A stretch of DNA of 64,000 nt from assembly GCF_963921235.1 (NCBI RefSeq), contig NC_086118.1, positions 13,518,001 to 13,582,000 of the forward strand. Reading direction: 5' to 3'. Shown in pieces: positions 13,343 to 26,892 of the stretch. How positions within the stretch are numbered: position 1 is the first letter of the stretch; each line of letters begins with the position of its first letter. The translations under genes and the position numbers were made by a program. Source of the DNA: Mobula hypostoma. Lineage: Eukaryota. The notes under the pieces were generated by a model. That model worked only from the letters and a program-made list of their open reading frames with translations, ran no database searches and was not told the origin of the DNA.

Positions 13343-14779
13343 TTGTGGGTGTCTGTGAAACTAGGAAAGATAATACATCTCCTATTATGACTTCCGCAAA
13401 GGAACACCTATTTATACTGTTTCCTTTCCAGCATTCTCTTGAATCTTTCTGAATGAGGAATTTGTGAGAACTTTTGCTGAGGTGCTTCAATTAAAAGCTT
13501 ACTTCCATTACATTACATTACATTGCATCTGTTGTAATAGCTCAGTGAGCTACAACACTGTTGCTAATCTGGCTTGGAGGAAATCAGACACAGGATTTGA
13601 GTATTACAGATTTGTTCAGATCTACTATAAACTGAAGCATATTATTGAGAAGATATCAATGAGAAATGCAAGGCAACCACTGACTGGTAACTCTCCCCAG
13701 TTTTGCTCAGATTTGATTTGTTGTTCCAGGCCTGGAGACCACTTGAATCTCCATCCAGACTATGAAGTAAATGTAATTAGCATAGATAGGACTTGATGGT
13801 TGGCATGGACATGGTGGGCTGATACACCTATTTACATGCTATATGACTCTGTGATTCCATCTATGACTCCATCACAGTAACCTTCTCATAACTTAATTAA
13901 AATTGTTCTTTGATTTTTCCAGAACTTTGTCTTTTCATCAGCAGTTGGGAAAGGTTTTATCCCATTACAGTTACTTTTGATATACGAGGGTCTGAAGACT
14001 CCAAACCTTCCTTCTATGAATGTATAAGTTGAGAAATTGAAGCATGAACAGGTTACTCAGCCCCTTGTATCTGTTCTGTATCTCAACAGGATTTATAACT
14101 CTTTCATTTTACCTTAAAATGCTTTCCTGCTCTGACCCCATATCTATTGATTCCTGTAATATCCAAAAATCTATTGATTTCTATCTGGATCATACTCAGC
14201 TATTGTATTGAAAAGCTTGTATGCTTGGAAAAAGCACCTGTTAGGAATTTGAGAGGATGAGCTGGAGAGCAGTAAACATTGAGAATACCATTTAATTAGG
14301 AAGAACTTAACTTTTAAGTTATACTCAGTAATTGGATGTCCATAGCCTTTTTCTGTAGAAAATTTCAAAGAAGCATATCTCAATAGATGAAGAAATTTCT
14401 TCTTAACCCTGTCATTAATGGCTTACCTTCTCACCTCTGTTGTAGCAATGATGGAATTGTACTTGTCTCAGTTTCTCAGTTAGGTTTTGAAGAATGGTGA
14501 TTCAAAGGAGGATAATGGTATGGTAATACCGTTTAGTGTCAAGAGTGGGTATTTACATTTTGTTCTAAGCACCTACCCTTCATATGTTTGTCACCTGGGT
14601 AATACAAACACTCTATACGAATTATTAATCCGTGCCTGAACATTATCAAGGTCTTGTCGCATGCAGGCTTGGAACTGCTTCATTATCTGAGCTCAAACTG
14701 TGCAATCATATGGGAATGACAGTAACAACAGCAGTATCAGCAAGAAAGTGGATCATGTAATGTTGCAGAGAAGCAGCCG

Positions 14780-15030
14780 ACTCAGAGCTCCAGCAACCCT
14801 CATTCAATCCTGACCTCTGGTGCTCTTTGTGTGAAGGTTCATGTTCTCCCTGTGCGTGAGTGTGTTCCCTTCAGCTGCTCTGGTTTCCTCCCAGATCTCA
14901 AAGACATTTACTTCAGTAGATTAATTAACCATTATAAATTGCCTCTATTGTGAAGGTGGGTGAAATGATAAGAACGTGGAGAATAGGATTGTGACTGAGA
15001 GCCAAAATAGACTTAACAGTCCTATTCTAT
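14780..15030 (+). mobile_element. V-SINE remnant
   Basis: Contains TTCAATCC (B-box-like) and CTGCTCTGGTTTCCTCCCAGATCTCAAAGAC (V-domain-like). Confidence 0.6.
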
Positions 15031-15074
15031 GTGATGGAGAAGTATGTGAAATATCTTAGTCATCACCTCCTGGG

Positions 15075-16217
15075 AGGCCATTAGCCATTTGGCCCATTGA
15101 ATATTCCCTGCTAATCAATCATAGCTGATCCTTTTTTTTCCCCTCCTCAGCCCCACTCCCCGTCCTTCTCCCCATAACCTTTGATGCCACGTCCATTTAA
15201 GAACCTATCAAGCTCTGCCTTAAATATACTCAACCACCTAGCCTCCACAGCGTCCTGTGGTATTAAGTTCCACAAATTCCCCACGCTCTGGTTAAAGAAA
15301 TTTCTCTGTATTATATGGACGCCTCTCTATCCTGAGGCTGTACCTTCTTGTCCTAGACTCTCCCACCATGGGAAACATCCTTTCCACATCTACTCTGTCT
15401 AGGCCTTTCAGCATTCAAAAGGTTTCAATGAGATCCCCAACCCCCACCCATCCTTCTAAATTCCAGCAAGTAAAGACCCAGATCTATGAAACATCCTTCG
15501 TATGATAACCCTTTCATCCTTGTGACCCTCTTCAGAATCCTCTCCAATGCCAGCATATTGTTTCTTAGATGAGGAGCACAGAACTGTTCACAATACTAAA
15601 GGTGAGACCTCACCAGTGCCTTATAATGCCTCAGCATCACATCCCAGCTTTTGTACCTAGACCTTTTGAAATGAATGTAAACTCTGCATTTGCCTTCCTC
15701 ACCACTGACTCAACCTGCAAGTTAACCTTTAGGGTGTGCTGCACAAAGACTCCCTAGCCCTTTGCATATCAGATTTTAGAATTTTCTCCCTGTTTACAAA
15801 ATAGTCTGCACATTTATTTCCTCTACCAAAGTGCATCACCATGCATTTTCCAACATTGTATTTCATTTGCCACTTTCTTGCCCATTCTCCTAATCTGTCT
15901 AAGTCCTTCTGCAGCCTACCTGTTTTCTCAATACTAACTACCCCTCCAACAATTTTCATATCATCTACAAACTTGACAACAAAACCATCTACTCCATCAT
16001 CTAAATCATTGATATACAGCATAAAAAGAAGTGGTCCCAACACCGACCCCTGCTGAATACCAAGAGTCACAGGCAGCCTACCAAAACAGGATCCTTTTTC
16101 CCCACTCACAGTCTCCTACCAATACGCCAGTGCACTAACCACGCTGGTACCTTTCCTGTAATACCATGGGCTCTTAACTTGGTAAGCAGCCTTATGTGTG
16201 GCACTTTGTCAACGTCC
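15075..16217 (-). mobile_element. CR1 3' fragment (RT C-terminus)
   Basis: [32 protein letters not shown]...LQKDLDRLGEWARKWQM. Confidence 0.9.
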
Positions 16218-17094
16218 TTAGTGTCCTTAAAGGAATGAATCCAGGTGCCCATAAATATCTACTCCCTTGCCAATCTAGCTGGATTGATGTTCAGTGCTTC
16301 CTCTTCCTGGAAAGTCACCATCTTCTACAGGATTGTCATTCTTATAATACAAAAGACCTGTTTGGAGCAAGGTAAATCTGTTACAATCTGCAAAGCATGA
16401 TCAAGCTAATTATGATGTTCAAAGAGAACTCGAAAGGAAAGCAGTTGCAGGGCTTTGTAAACAGGTTGGGAGACCAGTTGGATTATACTTGATACAAGCC
16501 ATAAGACCATAAGATACAGGAGCAGAATTAGGCCATTTGGCCCATTGAGTCTGCTCTGCCATTTCATCATGGCTGGTCCATTTTCCCTCTCAGCCCTAAT
16601 TTTCTGCCTACTCCCCGTATCCCTTCATGCCCTGACTAATCAGGAATCAGCAGGAGTTACATGATCTGAAAGGCCTCTTTCTGTTCTAGAAACCTCCTGA
16701 GACTCAGTGAGATCCCAGCTCAGCCCAGGACACCAGAGCAGTTCTCATGATGAACTGAGGTCCAATTCAATCAACAGCAAATGTGAGGTAATGCACTAAT
16801 TCTCTTTAATGCTAAATTCTTGGCTTCCTTTACACCTTCAACACTCAGCAATATCTGAATTGTCCCATCCAAATTTAGCAGGTTTAGCATCAAGTTGACT
16901 TAGCACAAGTGTTTGTAGTACCACCTGCTTATTCAACATACTTTCCTTGCTTGTGTGTGCTATCACTATTTAATTTAGCAGGGGTTATAAATCATGTGTA
17001 AATATACTTACACAAGAAATAGATTAGATTAGAAATAGAAGAGCGCTAACAGTCTGAAAAATCAGTATTGTACAGTGTAGTTTTTACAGCCTTG

Positions 17095-17325
17095 GTGTAC
17101 AGTTCAGTGATGCAGATGGTAAAGTTGTTGTCTGACAATTCCAGCAACCCAGGTTCAATCCTAAACAGTCACTCTCTACATGGGATTTGCTTTGGGTATT
17201 CTGGTTTCCTTTTACATCCTAAAAACATGTGGATTTGGTAAGTTAATTGCCCACTGTAGCTTGTGTAGATGTGTGTAGAATTTGCAGAGGATTAGGGTAA
17301 AATGGGTCATTGATGATTGGCTTCC
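17095..17325 (+). mobile_element. V-SINE remnant
   Basis: GGTTCAATCC B box and TTCTGGTTTCCTTTTACATCCTAAAAAC. Confidence 0.55.
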
Positions 17326-17387
17326 TGTTGAGCATCTCTGTTTGTGCACAGTCTTTCTCTACAGCACCTCTGTGGACCTCCTGAAAT

Positions 17388-19680
17388 GAAGTCTGTGTAG
17401 GGGAGCACTTTGGTTCCAGTGATGATAACACCATTAGTTTCAACTTGATCATGGACAAGAATAGATCTGGTCCTAGGGTTGAGGTTCTGAACTGGAAGAA
17501 GGCCAAATTTGAAGAAATGAGAAAGGATCTAAAAAGCGTGGATTGGGACAGGTTGTTCTCTGGCATGGATGTGATCGGTAGGTGGGAAGCCTTCAAAGGA
17601 GAAATTTAGAGAGTGCAGAATTTGTATGTTCCTGTCAGGATTAAAGGCAAATTGAATAGGAATAAGGAACTTGGTTCTCAAGGGATATTGGAACTCTGAT
17701 AAAGAAGAAGAGGGAGTTGTATGACGTGTATAAGAAGCAGGGAGTAAATAAGATGCTTGAGGAGTATAAGAAGTGCAAGAAAATACTTAAGAAAGAAATC
17801 AGGAGGGCTAAAAGAAGACATGAGGTTGCCTTGGCAGTCAAAGTGAAGGATAATCCAAAGAGCTTCTACAGGTATATTAAGAGCAAAAGGATTGTAAGGG
17901 ATAAAATTGGTCCTCTTGAAGATCAGAGTGGTCGGCTATGTGCGGAACCAAAGGAAATGCAGGAGATCTTAAATAGGTTTTTTGCGTCTGTATTTACTAA
18001 GGAAACTGGCATGAAGTCTATGGAATTAAGGGAAACAAGTAGTGAGATCATGGAAACTGTACAGATCAAAAAAGAGGAGGTCATTGCTGTCTTGAGGAAA
18101 ATTAAAGTGGATAAATCCCTGGGACCTGACAGGGTGTTCCCTTGGACCTTGAAGAAGGCTAGTGTTGAAATTGCAGGGGCCCTGGCTGAAATATTTAAAA
18201 TGTCGCTGTCTACAGGTGAGGTGCCGGAGGATTGGAGAGTGGCTCATGTTGTTCCGTTGTTTAAAAAAGGATCGAGAAGTAATCCGGGAAATTATAGGCC
18301 AGTAAATTTAACGTCGGTAGTAGGTAAGTTATTGGAGTGAGTACTGAGACAGAATCTACAAGCATTTGGATAGACAGGGGCTTATTAGGGAGAGTCAACA
18401 TGGCTTTGTGCATGGTAGGTCATGTTTGACCAATCTATTGGAGTTTTTCGAGGAGGTTACCAGGAAAGTGGATGAAGGGAAGGCAGTGGATATTGTCTAC
18501 ATGGACTTCAGTAAGGCCTTTGGCAAGGTCCCGCATGGGAGGTTAGTTAGGAAAATTCAGTCGCTAGGTATACATGGAGAGGTGGTAAATTGGATTAGAC
18601 ATTGGCTCAATGGAAGAAGCCAAAGAGTGGTAGTAGAGAATTGCTTCTCCGAGTGGAGGCCTGTGACTTGTGGTGTGTCACAGGGATCAGTGCTGGGTCC
18701 ATTGTTATTTGTCATCTATATCAATGATCTGGATGATAATGTAGTAAATTGGATCAGCAAGTTTGCTGATGATACAAAGATTGGAGGTGTAGTAGACAGT
18801 GAGGAAGGTTTTCAGAGCCTGCAGAGGGACTTGGACCAGCTGGAAAAATGGGCTGAAAAATGGCAGATGGAGTTTAATACAGACAAGTGTGAGGTATTGC
18901 ATGTTGGAAGGACAAACCAACTTAGAACATACAGGGTTAATGGTAAGGCACTGAGGAGTGCAGTGGAACAGAGGGATCTGGGAATACAGATACAAAATTC
19001 CCTAAAAGTGGCGTCACAGGTAGATAGGGTCGTAAAGAGAGCTTTTGGTACATTGGCCTTTATTAATCAAAGTATTGAGTATAAGAGCTGGAATGTTATG
19101 ATGAGGTTGTATAAGGCATTGGTGAGGCCGAATCTGGAGTATTGTGTTCAGTTTTGGTCACCAAATTACAGGAAGGATATAAATAAGGTTGAAAGAGTGC
19201 AGAGAAGGTTTACAAGGATGTTGCCGGGACTTGAGAAACTCAGTTACAGAGAAAGGTTGAATAGGTTGGGACTTTATTCCCTGGAATATAGAAGAATGAG
19301 GGGAGATTTGATAGAGGTATATAAAATTATGATGGGTATAGATAGAGTGAATGCAAGCAGGCTTTTTCCACTGAGGCAAGGGGAGAAAAAAAAAACAGAG
19401 GACATGGGTTAAGGGTGAGGGGGGAAAAGTTTAAAGGGAACATTAGGGGGGGCTTCTTCACACAGAGAGTGGTGGGAGTATGGAATGAGCTTCCAGACGA
19501 GGTGGTAAATGCGGGTTCTTTTTTAACATTTAAGAATAAATTGGACAGATACATGGATGGGAGGTGTATGGAGGGATATGGTCCGTGTGCAGGTCAGTGG
19601 GACTAGGCAGAAAATGGTTCAGCACAGCCAAGAAGGGCCAAAAGGCCTGTTTCTGTGCTGTAGTTTCTATGGTTTCTATG
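17388..19680 (+). mobile_element. Young CR1 LINE, 5'-truncated, nearly intact RT region
   Basis: 207-aa and 348-aa ORFs contain [31 protein letters not shown] and KFADD. The tail is (TTTCTATGG)n. It sits inside an older CR1 remnant (GAAATGAA^TGCTGACATTGC). Confidence 0.97.
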
Positions 19681-20137
19681 GAATGCTGACATTGCATTTG
19701 CCTTGCTCACCACTGACTCAACCTGCAAGTTCACCTTCGGGAATCCTGCAGAATATTTGAAGCTTTTGAAAATGTTGTGTTTGCCCATGTTACCAGAAGA
19801 CCAGCAATTCATGTTTAAGCCCTAACAAACTTCTACAGATCTCTGTTGAAAGTATCCTGATGTAGCATTATAGGCTGGTAAAGCAATCTGATTGTGTAGA
19901 AATGCAAGAAGCTAAACAGAGTAGTGGACTTAGCCACACACATAGCTGGCATATCCATCTCCACCATTGATAATGTCTCAGGAAAGCAACATTTATCAAC
20001 AAAGACCAGATGATCTGGACTACGCCCATCTTCTCACAACTACCATCAGGCAGGAAGTACAAGACAGCTACTTCCCTTCAACCATCTGGATCTCGAAACA
20101 ACCTGTAATCACTACTTCAGTATTGCAATACGATGAT

Positions 20138-20305
20138 CACACCAAATGCTGGAGGAACTCAGCAGGCCAGGCAGGTCTGCCGAAGGGTTTCAGCCCAAAA
20201 TGTCCACTGTACTCTTTTCCATAGATGCCGCCTGGCCTGCTGCGTTCCTCCAGCATCTTGTGTGTGTTGCTTGGATTTCCAGCATCTGCTGATTTTCTCT
20301 TGTCT
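20138..20305. repeat. Short fold-back Penelope-type terminal-repeat element
   Basis: 20138-20174 is the reverse complement of 20230-20266. A decayed hammerhead (CTGCCGAAGGG...CCCAAAATGTC) lies between the arms. Confidence 0.75.
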
Positions 20306-21184
20306 GTGAATACTATGACCACTTTGATTCCTTTCCACTACAATGGACTTTCTTTGTTTTGGTTCCAATTGTGTGTTTCTTTCTTGTTAAAATACATGTA
20401 TCATTTATTATCATTTTTGATGTAAATGCTACGTTTTTGATGCTGTGTTCGTGTGATGCTGCCTTAGTTAAGTTTTTTTTTCCTTCATCTGTGCATACAT
20501 GTACTTCTATATATGACAAAAAACACTACTTTGACTTTGAAGTTGAACTAGAAGCAACAGAATATTCCGTATAATCAATACTTTATTTTGCAAGGCAATG
20601 AGTACTTGGGATGGACCTCTGATTAAGGCCTACTTTGATAAGGCTGCTTACGGTGCGAGGAGAGGAAAGCTCAGTGTTCATACAAATATACTTTTGCTGA
20701 CTGTTACCAGGTTAGTTTCTGAGACAAATGGATTGTCCTATCACAGGTAGCTAAAGAAATTGAAACTATATTATTTAGAGTTCAGTAAAATGAAATGCAA
20801 CCTTCTTGAAACATATAACTTAATGATGGGATATAACAGGTATATTCATTAGTGATATAATCTTATATAGAGGGTCTTAACTTCAAGATTATAAGGATGG
20901 TCATATAAAACTGAGGTGTTTAAGAAATTCTCAGGGTGGTTTGTGAATCTCTGGAGTACTCTGCTCTCCAGGGTTGTGGAGGCTAGATCAAGGGCTGTGT
21001 ACTTAAAGAGAATGTAGATGCTGTATTTTAAAAACCAAACTTGAGGGCTGACACAGAAAAAGCGATGAGACCTGAGGTACCGTAGATCAGCTGTAATCAG
21101 ACTACATGGCAGGCCAGGCTTGTGAGGCCAAGTATCCTGCTCCTTCTTCTATTTTCTTACATCCTTGTACTATTATATAGTGAA

Positions 21185-23469
21185 GATCATGTCGATCATG
21201 CTCCTGTTTTTCCTAAATCCACAGTGCAATCCAGGCAGCATTGACTCGGAGATGTTGCTAATGAGTCTCTGAAGCATCAGCAACAGAAAGGAGTGATATG
21301 CCCCTACTATTGCCGCAGATGGCTTTGTCACCCTTGTTCTTATGAATAACAACGATGTTTGCATTTCTCCATTGCTGTGGGGTGTTCTCATCAGTCCAGA
21401 CCTTGGTGATGTACTGGTAGGGGGTGCACAAACACACGTACCCTCCGTTCTTCAGTAACTCAGCAGGGATATTGTCAGCACCAGGGGACTTGCTGTTCTT
21501 AAGGGAATGGACAGCTGATAGAACCTCCTGGAAGGTTGGTGGTAGACTGAGGTCGTGGATAGGAAGAAGTTCAGGTAGTTCGTCCAGGATGGTGGGGTCT
21601 GCGTCAGAGTCCTGATTAAGCAGGGTGTTAAAATGCTCAGCTCGCCTCAGCAGAATGGTATTCTGATTCTTCAGAAGTGTTAGACCATCTGCTGTTTTCA
21701 GGGGAGTAACACTTCGATTTATTGAGCCATAGATGGTTTTGACAGCATTGTAAAAATTATGCATGTCATTATTATTGGCAAAGGACCGGATTTCATGTGC
21801 CTTTTCAGTCCACCACTCATTTTGTATGGCCCGTGTTGTCTTTTGCGCTCTCCTCCGAGCTGCCTGCCAATGCTGCCTGATGCTGGTGGATGAAAGGTTG
21901 TCTAAAGGTGCCCGATGTGCTTTGTGCTTGTTCTTAAGCAAGTTGTGGATGGTGTTTGAGTTATTGTCAAACCAGTCTTGGTGGTTCCTGCCCTTATGGC
22001 CGATGGATTGGGCTGCTGCCTCATAGAGTGCAGAGCTGATATAGGTCCACTGTTGTTCCATGGTATTTTCTGAGCTCAGACAAGGTACCAGTTTGGGAGC
22101 AACATCAGGACCTGTTTATGGCCTTTGTTGACCTCTCCAAAGCATTTGACACTGTGCAAAGAGAGCTCTTATGGGATGTCCTCCTCAGGTTTGGCTGTCC
22201 CAATAAATTTGTTAACATCCTCCGCCAGTTCCACGATGAGATGACTGCTCGGGTGACCATAGGAGGACAAAAGTCTGAGCCCTTCCTTGTATGCACAGGG
22301 GTGAGGTAGGGGTGTGTACTAGTGCCAATGCTCTTTAACATCTTCCTCTTGTGTGTTACCAAGCTTCTCCACAATGAGATTGAAGACAGCAGCGGTGTGG
22401 CAGTGGACGTCAGATTAGATGGCAACCTCTTTGACATCAGGAGGCTCCACACAACCACCAAACTCCGTAGAGAGTGGGTCCTGGAGCTGCAGTATGCAGA
22501 CGACTGTGCTCTTGTGGCCCATACTCCGGAGGATCTTCAGACTGTCCTTGCTATGGCGGTGAGAGCGTACAGCAGGATGGGGCTGTCTGTCAATACCACC
22601 AAGACAGAAGTGGTTTGTCAATGGAGGACCAGTGTCCCACCCACTCTACCTGCCTTCACTGTTGGTGATGAAAAGCTGTCAGTAGTGCCATCTTTCAAAT
22701 ATCTGGGGAGCATTCTCTCTGAGGATAGCGGCATTGACAATGACATCCAGAGCCGCATTAAACAGGCATCAGCTGCCTTTGGGAGACTTCAGCACAGAGT
22801 CTTTCAGAACAGGAGCCTTCGTCCCTCCACAAAGGTTGCCGTATACCGAGCGGTCTGTGTCACCACCCTCCTTTATAGCTGTGAAGCTTGGGTAACCTAC
22901 AGCCGTCACATCAAGTACTTGGAGCGCTTCCACATAAACTGCCTCCAGTGCATCCTGGGAATTACCCGGTGTGAGCAGGTGCCTCACACTGAAATACTTG
23001 TAAAGACCAACTGCAGGAGTATTGAGGCCATGATCACCCAGCGTCAGCTGCAGTGGCTGGGGCGCGTGATAAGGATGCCCCCATGTCGGCTACCCGCAGA
23101 GTGTTATACGGCCAGCTACATCATGGTCAACGCTCAGCTGGAAGGCTGAAGAAGCGTTATAAGGATCAGATGAAGAATGATTTAAGGAAGTGCAAAATCA
23201 GACCTGAGGACCTGGAGGATGTTGTTGCTGACCGTACCACTTGGCGACAGCTGTGTAGAGATGGGGTTTGTATTCTGAAGATGGAAAGAACAACCAGAAA
23301 ACAGCAGAAGAGAGCCAGGAGAAATGCAGCCCGGGTTGCCACCACTACCTCCACTACCACATATAGGCAATAGGGCTTGTGGGTCCAGGATAGGACTGTA
23401 TAGTCATCAAAGATCTCACCGTTAAAGGAGTGGATGTTGCCATCGGATTTCGATGGACAACCGAAGAAG
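21185..23469 (+). mobile_element. RTE-clade LINE with a 5' inversion (21185-22094 minus strand, 22095-23469 plus strand)
   Basis: Minus part: KSPGADNIPAE, NSRGISLLS, CGFRKNRSMIDMIFT. Plus part: AFVDLSKAFDTV, LQYADD, FKYLGS, LLYSCEAW. GAAGAAG tail. TSD is ATTATATAGTGAA (21172-21184) / ATTATGTAGTGAA (23470-23482). Confidence 0.93.
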
Positions 23470-24330
23470 ATTATGTAGTGAACTCTCAAATTCATAGGAG
23501 GTACAATAATGTCCAAAAGCCTTCAGCACATATATAGAGCTAGAGTACCTCAGACCTTTTGCACTGTACTGGATTATGACAAGGATACAATACGCCCAGA
23601 ATCTCAATAATATTGAAATGAAGCTGTGTTTCATTAAATTCTTGACTACCATGTATACCTCACAAGAAGCTGTCAGGTTCCGAACACGACTCTCCAACAC
23701 TAACCACAGGGGACTGGACTGAAATGTCTAGTCCTCTGCTAATCACACATCTGCATAAAAGATACATTCATTGAATGAATAATTTTAAGCGAATATATTT
23801 TTTAAAATGTGCTATTATATTTTCATTATTTGAATCAAATTCAGAACTTCTGAAGGCATTTGTCTGGGTTATTATTAGAGTCCTTGGAAAATTAAAGTAA
23901 AAGATATTGATTATGTAAATAGTTTGTGTTGGAAAATAAGTAATACAAGAATGTCCTATATTATTTTGATCATTATGAAATGTTACCAATAGGACCATTG
24001 AATTGTTCAGGCACATGCAGTGGTCATTCAGTCCAACATGTCTGTGCTGGCTCCTAGTGTACATGTTGTTCAATTGCCTTGCTCTTTCCCTGTAGCCTTG
24101 CACATTAGTTTTTCTCAAGTATTCATCTGATTATCTTTTGAAAACCTTGACTGACTGTTTCCTTCAACTTGACTTCCAATTTGGTGTATAAAAATAATAG
24201 TTTTGCCTCAATATCCCTTGTATTTTTTTTATCCAGAGTGTGAAATCAGTGACTTCTAGTTTTTGAACCATCTTCAAATGAGAATCCTTTCTCTGTTATC
24301 CATCTAAACCTATCATAATTTTGTACACGT

Positions 24331-24545
24331 AAACACGAGGAATTCTGCAGATGCTGGAAATTCAAGCAACACACATCAAAGTTGCTGGTGAACGCAGCAG
24401 GCCAGGCAGCATCTCCAGGAAGAGGTACAGTCGACATTTCGGGCCAAGACCCTTCATCAGGACGAAGGGTCTCGGCCCGAAACATCGACTGTACCTCATG
24501 CTAGAGATGCTGCCTGGCCTGCTGCGTTCACCAGCAACTTTGATG
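24331..24545. mobile_element. Palindromic non-autonomous Penelope-type insertion centred on a hammerhead motif
   Basis: 85-bp inverted arms at 24374-24458 and 24461-24545, flanked by ATAATTTTGTACA(C/T)GT at 24315-24330 and 24546-24561. Confidence 0.9.
24430..24463 (-). ncRNA. Minimal hammerhead ribozyme motif (stem III variant)
   Basis: Reverse complement reads GTC-CTGATGA-AGGGTCTTGGCCC-GAAA-T-GTC-GAC. Confidence 0.65.
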
Positions 24546-26081
24546 ATAATTTTGTACATGTCTATTAGATCTATTCTTCTGTCCAAAAAAATTAAGGCAT
24601 TAAGGATTCTCCATTATAACCTTGCAGTTGAACCTCCTCATCCTTGGATCTATTCTACTCAAATCCTCTCCAGGACTTCCATATCTTTCCTAAAATTTAA
24701 TGATGCAATACCCTGGTCTTGCCCTCACCAGTATACCGTATGTTCAACAAAATGCTCGTCCTTCTGTATACTGTGTTTCTATAATTCTCAGAATCCAGTA
24801 TGAATTAATAACTAATCTCGCAACAATGTTAGCCTCCCTCAAAGAATCATGCAACCAAATGCCTCAGTTTATTTACAACTATCCAATTTAATCGATATAC
24901 TCTCCCCTTCTTTCTGCTGAAGTGTTTCTCTTCACAGTTTTCAATTTTGAATTACCTTATATTACCATCTTTTTTTGACTGTTAAGCCTATTTCCAAACT
25001 GGTACCATCTACAGATCTGGAAATTTTTACCTTGAATATTCAAGCGTGATATATCTCAAAAATTAGAATGGTCCCAGCTCTGACTTCTGAGGAACATTAC
25101 GACTTGCAATACTCAAAACTAATCAAGAAGCGCCAAGACCTTGGCCTCAATAAACTTTTTGTGCAACTGAATCCTGGATTTCCTCACTTACAAATCCTAG
25201 TCACATCATATTGGCAACAACATCTCCTCCACGATCTCCATCAGCACAGTTCCACCACAAGGCTGTGTGCTTAGCATGCTTTACACATATGACTGGGTGG
25301 CTAAGCACAGCTCCAACGCCATATTCAAGTTTGCTAATGACACCACTGTCCCAGGTTGAATCAAAAGTGATGATAAAGCGACATATAGGAGAGAGACTGA
25401 AAATCTGAAAACCTGAGTAGTTGTAATGGGAACCTCTTATTCAATGTCAGGAAGACCAAGGAGCTGATGATAGACTTCAGGAGAAGGAAGTCAGAATCCC
25501 ATGAGCCAGTCTCATCAGAGAACCAGAGGTGGAGAGGATTAGCAACTTTAAATTCCTGGGTGCTATTATTCTGCAGGACCTGCCAGGGACCTGCATGGAA
25601 ATGGCAATTATGAAGAAAGCATTAAGTTTGTGGAGATTTGGCATGATATCAAAATCTTTGACAAATTTCTAAAGATCTATAGTGGAGAGTATATTGACTG
25701 TATAGAACCACTAGTACCCTTGGACAGAAAATCCTACAAAAAGTAATGGATATGGCCCAGTCTATCAGAATCAGAATCAGGTTTATTATCACCGGCACGT
25801 GACGTGAAATTTGTTAACTTAGCAGCAGTTCAATGCAATACATAAAATAGGAAAAAAACAAAATAAAATATTAATAAATAAATAGGTAAATAAATTCCAG
25901 TATATGTGTATTGAATAGATTAAAAATTGTGAGAAAAACAGAAATACTATATATTACTAATGTGAGGTAGTGTCCAAGGGTTCAATGTCCATTTAGGAAT
26001 GGAATGGCAGAGGGGAAGAAGATTTTCCTGAATCACTGAGTGTGTGCCTTCAGGCTTCTGTACCTCCTACCTGATGGTAAC

Positions 26082-26492
26082 TGTTGTAGCGTGGATGAAA
26101 TTACTGGAGACAGAGTCACTGGTAGATACAAAGCAGCTTCTTTATTTGACGCAACAAAGTACAGCAGGCATCTTGAGACGCCTTCCGCAGAAAGCTCTGT
26201 TAGCTCAATATGGGCTCGATATTTATATGCTAAACACAAAGGCAATTGCTACTTAAAAGTTATAGACAATGCTTAGACAATGCTTCCCATTGAAGCTACA
26301 TACAAAATATCACACCATCCTTTCCTCCCGGCGCCAACATGTCTGGGTTGGTATCCACAGCCTTTAGGAATGTAAGTTAAATCTTTGGTACATTTATTTG
26401 GCATTTCCCGTGCTAACATAGAAGACATTTAATATTTATAATGTATAGGTGATACTGCCTTCGAAACTACAACATCAGGTCAAACTACCAGA
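26082..26492 (-). mobile_element. Probable solo LTR nested in Rex1
   Basis: Interrupts the Rex1 3' region (compare 13240-13290). TGTTGTAG (26082) and CTACAACA (26467-26474) form inverted repeats, with a minus-strand AATAAA at ~26141. No clean TSD. Confidence 0.55.
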
Positions 26493-26892
26493 AGCATCTG
26501 GAAGTCCTTAATAAAGGACGCTGACTTTCTGAGACACCGCTCCCTGAAGATGTCCTGGGTACTTTGTAGGCGAGTAGCCAAGATGGAGCCGACTAAATTT
26601 ATAACCCTCTGTAGCTTCTTTGGGTCCTGTGCAGTAGCCCCCCACCCCGCTCCACACACAACAGACAGTGATTCAGCCTGTCAGAATGCTCTCCTTGTTA
26701 CATCTAAAGAAGTCTTTGAGTGTACTTGTTGACGTACCAAATTCCTTCAAACTCTAAATGAAGTATTGCCACTATCTTGCCTTCTTTATAACTGCATCAA
26801 TATGTTGGTGCCAGGTTAGATCCTCAGAGATCACAATCAACTCTTTCATCTTACTGATGTTGAGTGCCAGGTATTGCCGTGACACCACTCCA

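Noticed and set aside
18366..19412. Active, autonomous CR1
   Set aside because: It is 5'-truncated within the endonuclease and has a stop at ~18338 plus frameshifts.
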